Assembly: GCA_018580065.1 (NCBI GenBank)
Contig: GCA_018580065.1_4845.1
Strand: one strand, 5' to 3'
Source: a phage
DNA length: 46,716 bases
Shown one piece after another: positions 1 to 5,787 of this stretch. The number at the start of each line of letters is the position of its first letter. The first letter of the stretch is position 1. The notes beneath the pieces are model-generated. The model saw only the letters and a program-made list of their open reading frames with translations, searched no databases and had not been told where the DNA came from. Position numbers and translations under genes: made by a program.

Positions 1-71
1 AAAAAAAAACTCCTGTCGGAAAGCGAGATGCGCATCTCTCCGATTTCTGTTAGTGGCGTGCGATTGCTCAT
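1..71 (-). CDS. 5' end of putative tail assembly chaperone gene (partial, runs off window start)
   Basis: ATG at 71..69 (minus) with AGGA about 8 nt upstream and an extended -10 at 101-109. The ORF is open to the window edge. If the window is circular it continues in frame into 46716..46080. Confidence 0.4.
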   Translation of the reverse strand, partial: MSNRTPLTEIGEMRISLSDRSFF

Positions 72-100
72 GTTTTGCATCCTGAATTTGACTGATGTTG

Positions 101-109
101 ATTATATCA
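101..109 (-). promoter_or_regulatory. late-type extended -10 promoter (TGATATAAT on minus strand)
   Basis: attatatca on plus strand is the reverse complement of TGATATAAT, about 30 nt upstream of the ATG at 71. Same 9-mer class precedes 8 other minus-strand genes. Confidence 0.45.
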
Positions 110-120
110 TCTCAGTGGTG

Positions 121-149
121 TTGACACCTGTGAGGCGGTGATGTAGATT
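121..149 (+). promoter_or_regulatory. sigma70-like promoter TTGACA-17-TAGATT
   Basis: TTGACA 121-126, 17-nt spacer, TAGATT 144-149. Drives the plus-strand cassette 185-1060. Contains the TGATGTAGATT motif. Confidence 0.6.
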
Positions 150-184
150 CAATTCATCGAAACGAGATATGAATGAGGTGAGTT

Positions 185-478
185 ATGAAAATTAAAATGT
201 TGATTGCATCTGCTTTACTGGTTTCTTCTTTTCCCGTCAGCGCAACTTCAGAGATGTGCAAAAACATCGGAGAAATTGCCATGAATACCGCCGATGTTCG
301 CGACAGCGGTATCAGTAAGAATCTTGCCGAGGTGGTAGTAAAAGGCTCTGCAAAAAACAACGAATCAGCAGAAATAATCGGCCTTGCTATCGTAGAAATG
401 GTTTATGCGCGCAAGGATATGACTAAAGAGCAATTGCGTGATGTGGCTGTTGCTTTGTGCGAAAAGAATGGCATGTAA
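185..478 (+). CDS. small secreted/periplasmic protein (signal peptide)
   Basis: 97-aa ORF. N-terminal MKIKMLIASALLVSSFPVSA is signal-peptide-like. GAGGTG RBS at 174-179. Confidence 0.7.
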   Translation: MKIKMLIASALLVSSFPVSATSEMCKNIGEIAMNTADVRDSGISKNLAEVVVKGSAKNNESAEIIGLAIVEMVYARKDMTKEQLRDVAVALCEKNGM

Positions 479-510
479 TATAAACAAGTTATTAACAGTT
501 GAGGTTAGCT

Positions 511-705
511 ATGGACGTTGTTATTTTGTTGCTTTTCGCTGGATTGGTTATATTTGCTTATCTTCTCCCGTCATTTGTGGCATTGCAAAGAAAGCACACA
601 AATGCGACCGCAATCTGTGTATTGAATATTCTTGTCGGATGGAGCTTTGTTGGGTGGGTTGCAGCACTTGTTTGGGCGTTAGTTAACAGTGGCGACAAGA
701 AATGA
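511..705 (+). CDS. superinfection-immunity (Imm_superinfect-like) inner membrane protein
   Basis: Motif YLLPSFVALQRKH...NILVGWSFVGWVAALVWA matches the signature of the small Imm superinfection family. Two TM segments. ATG 511 follows a GAGGT RBS. Confidence 0.7.
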   Translation: MDVVILLLFAGLVIFAYLLPSFVALQRKHTNATAICVLNILVGWSFVGWVAALVWALVNSGDKK

Positions 706-845
706 ACGAGCAAACAAAAGCAGACCTGATTTTCTACACTGATCTGTATGTCGATGCAGGTTACGACTATGAAGAAGCCGAACGCATGGCGAAAGATTTG
801 CTTCGTGTGATTGGTGTGATTTTTGAAGAGGATAAGGTCATATGA
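702..845 (+). CDS. hypothetical acidic 47-aa protein
   Basis: ATGA overlaps at both ends (702-705 and 842-845) suggest translational coupling. Below the ORF-track size cutoff; translated by hand. Confidence 0.5.
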   Translation: MNEQTKADLIFYTDLYVDAGYDYEEAERMAKDLLRVIGVIFEEDKVI

Positions 846-1060
846 AAATATCGCTAATTGATGACAAATGTGTATTAAATGCTGTAGGAAAGATGCTTCA
901 TGGAGAGCCTACATATTACATCAGAAACCTGCTTAGCTATACATATCCTGGGATTGACACGCCGTCAGTTCTTAGGAAGTTAAAATATATGGAAAAGAGA
1001 GGCTTAGTAAGAATGGTAAGAAGCCCAAACTTACTTAATAATATTAGCTGGACTAAGTAA
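842..1060 (+). CDS. hypothetical protein, possible winged-helix
   Basis: 72-aa ORF coupled to the upstream ORF. LRKLKYMEKRGLV segment is wHTH-like. Followed by a terminator. Confidence 0.6.
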   Translation: MKISLIDDKCVLNAVGKMLHGEPTYYIRNLLSYTYPGIDTPSVLRKLKYMEKRGLVRMVRSPNLLNNISWTK

Positions 1061-1062
1061 AC

Positions 1063-1088
1063 AAAGCCCCTTTCGGGGCTTTTTCTTT
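1063..1088. terminator. rho-independent terminator (bidirectional position)
   Basis: Stem AGCCCC/GGGGCT, loop TTTC, T-run. Lies between convergent genes 842-1060 (+) and 1090-1806 (-). Confidence 0.8.
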
Positions 1089-1089
1089 A

Positions 1090-1806
1090 TCATGATACGG
1101 TGCACGCCGTGCTGATGATAATTTCAGGGTCGGTAGATGAGTCCGTCACTGTGACTGTATACACGCCAGCAGTTGGGCTTGCCAGTGATGCGCCAGACTC
1201 ACCACCAACAACCACACCATCTTTGCGCCAAACGTAGGTGTATGGTGCGACACCACCTTCAACAGCAACAGTTAACTGGCTGCCAGTGCTGCCAGTTGAT
1301 TGCAGGTCGGTGGTGAACTTCAGTGGCTCAAGGCTTTCGACGGTAACGCTGTCAGAATCGTAAACCTTGAACTCAAGGCTGCCAGTGACGATGTCGTTCG
1401 TGCCACCTTCGTAGCTGATGCTGGTAATGTTGCAGTACGCGGTAACGATAGTTGCACCAGTCACCTCGCGTACCCACAAAGAAGGCTGGCGACGCGCTTT
1501 CAGTTCAGTGGCGTAAATCTCAACCAGACGATGGAAGCCAAACTCATCGCTCGGGTCATTCTTGCGGATTTCCACTTCTGCGCTGATGGTCATATCAGAG
1601 CTGGTAACGAGAGTGGAAACAAAACCTCCAGCGGTATCCGCTTCAGACGTGGTAGTCTGCGGAGAGTAGTCAACACCTTTGCTGGTGGTTGAACCTAAAT
1701 ACTTCCAGTCTTCTGCATCAGGAACTGCGTCACCGCACCCTTCAGCAAGGAACAGTCGGGTCATGCGACCGACCAGAGCACCCTTATCATTTGCACAAAT
1801 AGCCAT
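1090..1806 (-). CDS. major tail protein with C-terminal Ig-like domain
   Basis: 238 aa. The C-terminal ~70 aa (APYTYVWRKDG...YTVTVTD) looks like a Big_2/Ig-like domain typical of siphovirus major tail proteins. Position in the tail module. Confidence 0.8.
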   Translation of the reverse strand: MAICANDKGALVGRMTRLFLAEGCGDAVPDAEDWKYLGSTTSKGVDYSPQTTTSEADTAGGFVSTLVTSSDMTISAEVEIRKNDPSDEFGFHRLVEIYATELKARRQPSLWVREVTGATIVTAYCNITSISYEGGTNDIVTGSLEFKVYDSDSVTVESLEPLKFTTDLQSTGSTGSQLTVAVEGGVAPYTYVWRKDGVVVGGESGASLASPTAGVYTVTVTDSSTDPEIIISTACTVS

Positions 1807-1842
1807 TTCGATCTCCGAATTGTGTTAGCTGCTAACGTGGTG

Positions 1843-1851
1843 ATTATATCA
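1843..1851 (-). promoter_or_regulatory. late-type extended -10 promoter (TGATATAAT)
   Basis: Reverse complement GTGATATAAT, about 37 nt upstream of the major tail ATG (1806). Confidence 0.5.
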
Positions 1852-1857
1852 CAGGTG

Positions 1858-1886
1858 TTGACAGTGATTATTTTGTGGTGTAGATT
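1858..1886 (+). promoter_or_regulatory. sigma70-like promoter TTGACA-17-TAGATT
   Basis: TTGACA 1858-1863, 17-nt spacer, TAGATT 1881-1886. Near-duplicate of the promoter at 121-149. Confidence 0.6.
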
Positions 1887-1892
1887 TATATG

Positions 1893-2326
1893 CAACAGAG
1901 ATTTGTTCCCTGATTTCATTTAATTACAGCAAGTCCTTTAATTAAATTAGCGGTCGAGAGACGCCGGACGCGTAACCGGCACACAACAGGTGAGAGCATT
2001 TGGTGAATCGGCGATACTGCCCCACAAGCCCGTAGCCATCGATAGAGGTAGACAAGTGCTCTTTCCGTTGTGGTGAATGCGCAGGCTGATGCGCTAACTC
2101 GCGTGGGTTCCGGTGGTTTCACCGGGTAGACAGGGATTAACTGACCTGCCTCCGTAGATGAAAAGGCTAGCGGCCACAAGACACGGGGAATCATCAAGCC
2201 GGAAATCAGCACCGGCCACCACAACACTTAATATCCAGCATTATCGCAATCATATATAGGGGTATGTATGGGTTACGGGGCTGGATATTAAGAAAGCACG
2301 CTGGCAATGCTTAAACCAGCACTTAT
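1893..2326 (+). ncRNA. candidate structured non-coding leader RNA co-transcribed with the tRNA
   Basis: No plausible ORF on either strand (longest plus-strand ATG ORF 33 aa, no RBS). Local hairpins at 1963-1980, 2079-2094, 2110-2125 and 2198-2216. A 13-bp perfect inverted repeat at 2227-2239/2280-2292. Bracketed by a promoter and by the tRNA plus terminator. Confidence 0.35.
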
Positions 2327-2403
2327 GGACGCGTAGCTTAATTGGTTAAAGCAACCGACTCATAATCGGCTGATTGAAGGTTCAAATCCGTCCGTGTCCA
2401 CCA
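2327..2403 (+). tRNA. tRNA with anticodon CAT (elongator Met or Ile2-type), CCA encoded
   Basis: Hand-folded cloverleaf. Acceptor GGACGCG/CGTGTCC, D stem GCTT/AAGC, anticodon loop CTCATAA, T loop TTCAAAT, 3' ACCA. Mismatches A27-C43 and A51-G63 are typical of phage tRNAs. Confidence 0.85.
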
Positions 2404-2409
2404 AATTAA

Positions 2410-2437
2410 AAGCCGCTTCGTGCGGCTTTATTTATTT
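2410..2437. terminator. rho-independent terminator (works in both directions)
   Basis: Stem AGCCGC/GCGGCT, loop TTCGT, T-rich tail on plus strand and TTTTAATTT on minus strand. Confidence 0.75.
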
Positions 2438-2806
2438 CACAACCCGCAAAAGCAACTCATGCACAGGTCTTTTCTCTTCCGTCAGCATTGGCCTACCGAG
2501 CGGAGCCTGCAACTGGATGTAGTTAACGCATGAATCAATCGGATGGGTTTTGATGTATTCGATAATCTCATTGGCTTTAGCGTCAACATCAGCCACATTG
2601 TATTGTCCTTGTTTCCCAACAATGTACAACGAGAAATAGAAGTCACCACCGAGGTCGTCCATAACCTGCGTTCCACCGTTGGATTGCAGGACAATAAACT
2701 GCTCGTTTCCATCTCCGGTGTCATTCCAGAACTGCAACTGCGAAGTCCAGCCATTATACAACCCGGCATCCTGAAGATATGCGTCAACCAGTTCAAGCAT
2801 ATTCAC
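2432..2806 (-). CDS. tail terminator / tail completion protein (putative)
   Basis: 124-aa ORF, last of the connector gene string, overlapping the upstream gene. Assignment by position. Confidence 0.6.
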   Translation of the reverse strand: MNMLELVDAYLQDAGLYNGWTSQLQFWNDTGDGNEQFIVLQSNGGTQVMDDLGGDFYFSLYIVGKQGQYNVADVDAKANEIIEYIKTHPIDSCVNYIQLQAPLGRPMLTEEKRPVHELLLRVVK

Positions 2807-3204
2807 AGTTTCATCTCCTTCTTAATCACGCTGTCAACCAGGTCTTTTGTGCGTTGCGCCGCTTTGGTCAGAAATTGCGGCTCACCGCCCGGACTCCAAT
2901 ATGTGCCATTACCGTTGCTGCGCGGTTTGCCTGTAAGTTTTCCACTGGCGTTGTGGGCGTACAGCGCATATTTCGCAGAGTAGCCAACCTTACCAGTGAT
3001 TCGCGTTCCGCTAACTTCCACGGTATCAAACTGACTGTTAATCAGCGTTGATGTGTCAATTGGCGTTAGTGTGGCTGATTCGGTGCGGATGATGTATGTC
3101 GCCGATTTCAGAGCGCGCACAGCTTTCGTGGCGATTATCTCATCCACAATCTGCGATGTTCTTTCTACGGCCTGCCGGACGCCTCTTAATTTCGCTGGCA
3201 TCAT
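2803..3204 (-). CDS. HK97 gp10-like neck/tail completion protein
   Basis: 133 aa. Pattern and size resemble the HK97 gp10 family. Coupled overlaps on both sides. Confidence 0.65.
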   Translation of the reverse strand: MMPAKLRGVRQAVERTSQIVDEIIATKAVRALKSATYIIRTESATLTPIDTSTLINSQFDTVEVSGTRITGKVGYSAKYALYAHNASGKLTGKPRSNGNGTYWSPGGEPQFLTKAAQRTKDLVDSVIKKEMKL

Positions 3205-3542
3205 GTCACCAGTGCGAAATCAGGTGGCTCAGCGCGATTGAACGTATTGCCATAATTAATCACATTCAGAATCTGATTTGCGCCAGCAACCAGCGGGTCA
3301 GCTTCTGTCACCGTGCCAATCATGATGTAGTCGCCAGTCTTAGCACCAACATACTCAGTCCAGAACGTATTCTTCTGCACAATCTCATTGCCTTTCGCAT
3401 CGGTAGATACATCATCGTTAAAACCATAATCGCACATGATGCTCACTGGCTCATCAAAAGTCGGCTTGCCGTACTTGTCGGTTCCGGTCTTGTGCCAGAT
3501 AGTGCATGGCTGCGTGTAAGAAAACCGAGAGATTGAGGTCAT
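3201..3542 (-). CDS. head closure / head-tail adaptor protein (putative)
   Basis: 113-aa ORF in the connector string. Assignment by position and size. Confidence 0.6.
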   Translation of the reverse strand: MTSISRFSYTQPCTIWHKTGTDKYGKPTFDEPVSIMCDYGFNDDVSTDAKGNEIVQKNTFWTEYVGAKTGDYIMIGTVTEADPLVAGANQILNVINYGNTFNRAEPPDFALVT

Positions 3543-4168
3543 AAAACATTCCTATATGAACGATTTTTCTTGATGTGCTGGATAGCACCTTTAGACACGC
3601 CAAACTCATCAGCAAGTGATTGTGAGTGCTCTCCATTTGCTAGTCTGGTTCTCACCTCCCTAACCTGATCATCAGTTAATTTAGCGTGTTTTGGAGTCCT
3701 GCCGAACATTGGGTTTTTCTCGCCAATTCTTGATTGCGATATTTTCTTTCTTGTTTCTTCTGTTTTTGGACCCATAGAGCAAGGTGGTGTTTTCCCATAC
3801 CAGCAGTTATTCTTTCCCATCCTGCTTTTGCTCATTTTAGCTTTAGCCACATCTGTTGCCTGAACCCCCAAGCACGTACCAGCTATTTTTGCCACATTAT
3901 ATTGAGGACTTAGCTTGTCTATGTAGAATTGCTCTCTACTAAGCAGGATTGATTCATCGTTAACAATTTCAAGAATTGAAAATCTGAATAATGACTCGCC
4001 ATATTTTGCTCCATCATTATACAACCTGTGTGGGCTGTGCATGCCATTCCTCATTTTGTATCGATGCACAGCAATTCTATTGGTGTAGCTTATTGTTGAA
4101 CCAACATAAATCTCTTTAGTTATTGTATTTTCAATCTGATATACAGCCATCACTCTCTTCATTTGCAC
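3539..4168 (-). CDS. GIY-YIG homing endonuclease
   Basis: N-terminal VYQIEN...IYVGST...R..H GIY-YIG motif, repeated NUMOD-like K/G-rich modules, C-terminal HTH. AT-rich insert between connector genes. Confidence 0.85.
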   Translation of the reverse strand: MQMKRVMAVYQIENTITKEIYVGSTISYTNRIAVHRYKMRNGMHSPHRLYNDGAKYGESLFRFSILEIVNDESILLSREQFYIDKLSPQYNVAKIAGTCLGVQATDVAKAKMSKSRMGKNNCWYGKTPPCSMGPKTEETRKKISQSRIGEKNPMFGRTPKHAKLTDDQVREVRTRLANGEHSQSLADEFGVSKGAIQHIKKNRSYRNVL

Positions 4169-4551
4169 TTACTCCCACGAACAACCGCAAACCACGGTTT
4201 ACCGCTTCCGTCAGGGTCTTCCACTAAATCGCCAGTGCATCCGGCTGTATCCAGTAGCTTCATCTGATTGTACAGTGCCACCCACGGCTTGCTACCATAC
4301 GCGAATGATTGTGATGCGCCAGAAGGTGCGCTCTGCCTGGTGACGTAGCGCCCTGCGGTATTTGCGCTAATCAGGATGGAAGCCCACAGCATGATCGCAT
4401 TTTGTCGGCATTCATCATTTGGATAGTTCAGTTCAAGGCATTCGCTGATTGATGACACAAGGCACAGAATGCCAGACGCATCTGTCGTGGTGATGGTCAT
4501 CCCGCGCGACGCCATCTGACTGACCAGTTCTTCAGGTGTTGGTGCTGCCAT
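4159..4551 (-). CDS. head-tail connector protein (putative)
   Basis: ORF 4159-4587. Preferred start MAAPTPEEL at 4551 with GGGAG upstream. Position upstream of the adaptor genes. Confidence 0.6.
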   Translation of the reverse strand: MAAPTPEELVSQMASRGMTITTTDASGILCLVSSISECLELNYPNDECRQNAIMLWASILISANTAGRYVTRQSAPSGASQSFAYGSKPWVALYNQMKLLDTAGCTGDLVEDPDGSGKPWFAVVRGSKCK

Positions 4552-4816
4552 TTCTTTTCGACTCCCGTACCTTCCACCACATTTCAAACAGGTTCTTTAT
4601 TACCAGAGACAGAGCGCCGAGGATTGACGCTACTGCCGCCCACTCTGTCAGGCTGTGTGGAATCATAGCCTCAAAATAAGATTGCGTGACAGGTGCTTGT
4701 TCTGCAACTTTCAGACCGATACCGGTGCCAATAGAAGCGTATCCTGCCTTGTCAATCACCTGTCCTGTCGTTCCGCTTATAATCTGCTCTGCGACTTGCC
4801 TTAGTGTCCCGTTCAT
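4532..4816 (-). CDS. membrane protein, C-terminal TM plus charged tail
   Basis: 94 aa. TEWAAVASILGALSLVIKNLF hydrophobic segment followed by KVRESKR. Confidence 0.55.
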   Translation of the reverse strand: MNGTLRQVAEQIISGTTGQVIDKAGYASIGTGIGLKVAEQAPVTQSYFEAMIPHSLTEWAAVASILGALSLVIKNLFEMWWKVRESKRNGSTNT

Positions 4817-4848
4817 TGCGTGTCTCGCTGATGATATGTTTCCAGCAC

Positions 4849-5289
4849 TTATAGATTTGAATCAGCGAAAAAACAATGGCGACCACGCCAAGAATAATGT
4901 CCAATTTCGCCGCCCCATTTAAAAGTGATGGAAAGGATGAACAGATGGATGCCGATAATAATAAATGCGTACTGCACATGAAGCGGCGTTTCTACAGGCG
5001 TGATAAATTCCCATACGAATGACTCTATCGCAACCAGCCATTCGTAAAGGCTCATCGTCAGCACGCAAAGCGCCATCTTTGTACTTTTGCGCAGCGCAAT
5101 AGCCGGAAACAACCAGACCATAGACTGCGCAAGGTAATACAGATATTCGGCGGGAAATGAATCAACAAGCACCCATCCAAGATACACAGACATCACCATT
5201 GCCGGAATGAACACCAGAAACGCGAACATGCCTGTGCAGGCAAAACCCAGCACATACATGATCATGATGGTAACATCTGCGCCGAACAT
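4849..5289 (-). CDS. polytopic membrane protein (about 4 TM)
   Basis: 146-aa ORF with four long hydrophobic stretches. Start overlaps the upstream stop (TAATG). Confidence 0.6.
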   Translation of the reverse strand: MFGADVTIMIMYVLGFACTGMFAFLVFIPAMVMSVYLGWVLVDSFPAEYLYYLAQSMVWLFPAIALRKSTKMALCVLTMSLYEWLVAIESFVWEFITPVETPLHVQYAFIIIGIHLFILSITFKWGGEIGHYSWRGRHCFFADSNL

Positions 5290-5408
5290 TATTTTTTACC
5301 GCGTGATGGTGAGCGGGTGGAGCCGTTTGGTTTCACTGCGCCAGTTTTGCCGCCGGTTTTGGTGTTACCAGTAGCGCGTGAACGAGACGGACCGTTTGTT
5401 GAACCCAT
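5289..5408 (-). CDS. 39-aa highly basic, disordered peptide
   Basis: Hand translation MGSTNGPSRSRATGNTKTGGKTGAVKPNGSTRSPSRGKK. AGGAG RBS 7 nt upstream. TAATG coupling to the next gene. Confidence 0.5.
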   Translation of the reverse strand: MGSTNGPSRSRATGNTKTGGKTGAVKPNGSTRSPSRGKK

Positions 5409-5438
5409 GTTTAAATCTCCTGTTGTTTGATTAGCATG

Positions 5439-5447
5439 ATTTTAGCA
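5439..5447 (-). promoter_or_regulatory. late-type extended -10 promoter (TGCTAAAAT)
   Basis: Reverse complement ATGCTAAAAT, about 30 nt upstream of the ATG at 5408. Confidence 0.4.
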
Positions 5448-5455
5448 TATTCCTG

Positions 5456-5499
5456 TTGACGTAGATTGATGGTGTGTTTATAGTTAGTGACGTAGAAAC
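5456..5499 (+). promoter_or_regulatory. sigma70-like promoter TTGACG-17-TATAGT with two TGACGTAGA motifs
   Basis: TTGACG 5456-5461, TATAGT 5479-5484. Motif copies at 5457-5467 and 5488-5498, the second just downstream of the -10. Confidence 0.6.
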
Positions 5500-5524
5500 A
5501 ACAATAAATGTTAGAGGTGATGAA

Positions 5525-5785
5525 ATGTTTGATATTGATAACCCAAGTGATGACAAAGCCAAGCTGATTGATGCGGTCGCTTGCAGTTTCGCATCTTGCC
5601 AGACAGAAGGTGAATATCAGGTTGTGAAAATGTGCATTGTTGAGTTCTTCTCGGCAATCAACATTCCTGATGATGAGGCGGTTGATATTCTGCTGTGTGC
5701 CGCTGGGAGCTCCACTGAGGCGGACGAGTGCATTGATGAACTGGTTGAGGAGTTTGGCGGCATTTTCCAGGGTGATGAGGAGTAA
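5525..5785 (+). CDS. very acidic 86-aa early protein (DNA-mimic candidate)
   Basis: GAGGTGA RBS then ATG 5525. By hand count 22 D/E versus 3 K/R. First gene after the promoter. Confidence 0.7.
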   Translation: MFDIDNPSDDKAKLIDAVACSFASCQTEGEYQVVKMCIVEFFSAINIPDDEAVDILLCAAGSSTEADECIDELVEEFGGIFQGDEE

Positions 5786-5787
5786 TC

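Noticed and set aside
1-12. T9 run (A9 on the plus strand) as a programmed frameshift site in the chaperone gene.
   Set aside because: It lies at codons 21-24, not near the 3' end where chaperone G/GT-type frameshifts occur. The -1 frame terminates after about 9 codons. The A6 run near the gene's 3' end (46095-46100) would add only a few residues.
1955-2195. Possible miniature RNase P RNA in the tRNA leader. Matches to E. coli M1 RNA conserved regions appear in the right order: GAGAGACGCCGG versus GAGGAAAGUCCGG, CAACAGGTGAGAGCA versus CAACAGAGAGCA, CCGGGTAGAC versus CCGGGUAGGC, and TAGATGAA versus UAGAUGAA.
   Set aside because: The P4 pairing between the CR-I-like and CR-V-like segments cannot be formed. 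Only about 15 nt separate the CR-I- and CR-II-like segments, where P5-P10 should lie. The total length is too short. The matches are short enough to be post-hoc coincidences. A covariance-model search would settle it.
1916-2227. 103-aa minus-strand ORF in the tRNA leader region.
   Set aside because: No RBS. The composition is odd and rich in Trp, Pro, Arg and Cys. It is antisense to a promoter-driven unit and its start lies inside the 13-bp inverted repeat. Best explained as a chance ORF in G+C-rich non-coding sequence.
2327-2403. tRNA as an integration (att) site or prophage boundary.
   Set aside because: No integrase, excisionase or CI-type repressor is present anywhere in the window. The tRNA is complete, has its own promoter and terminator, and sits inside the structural module.
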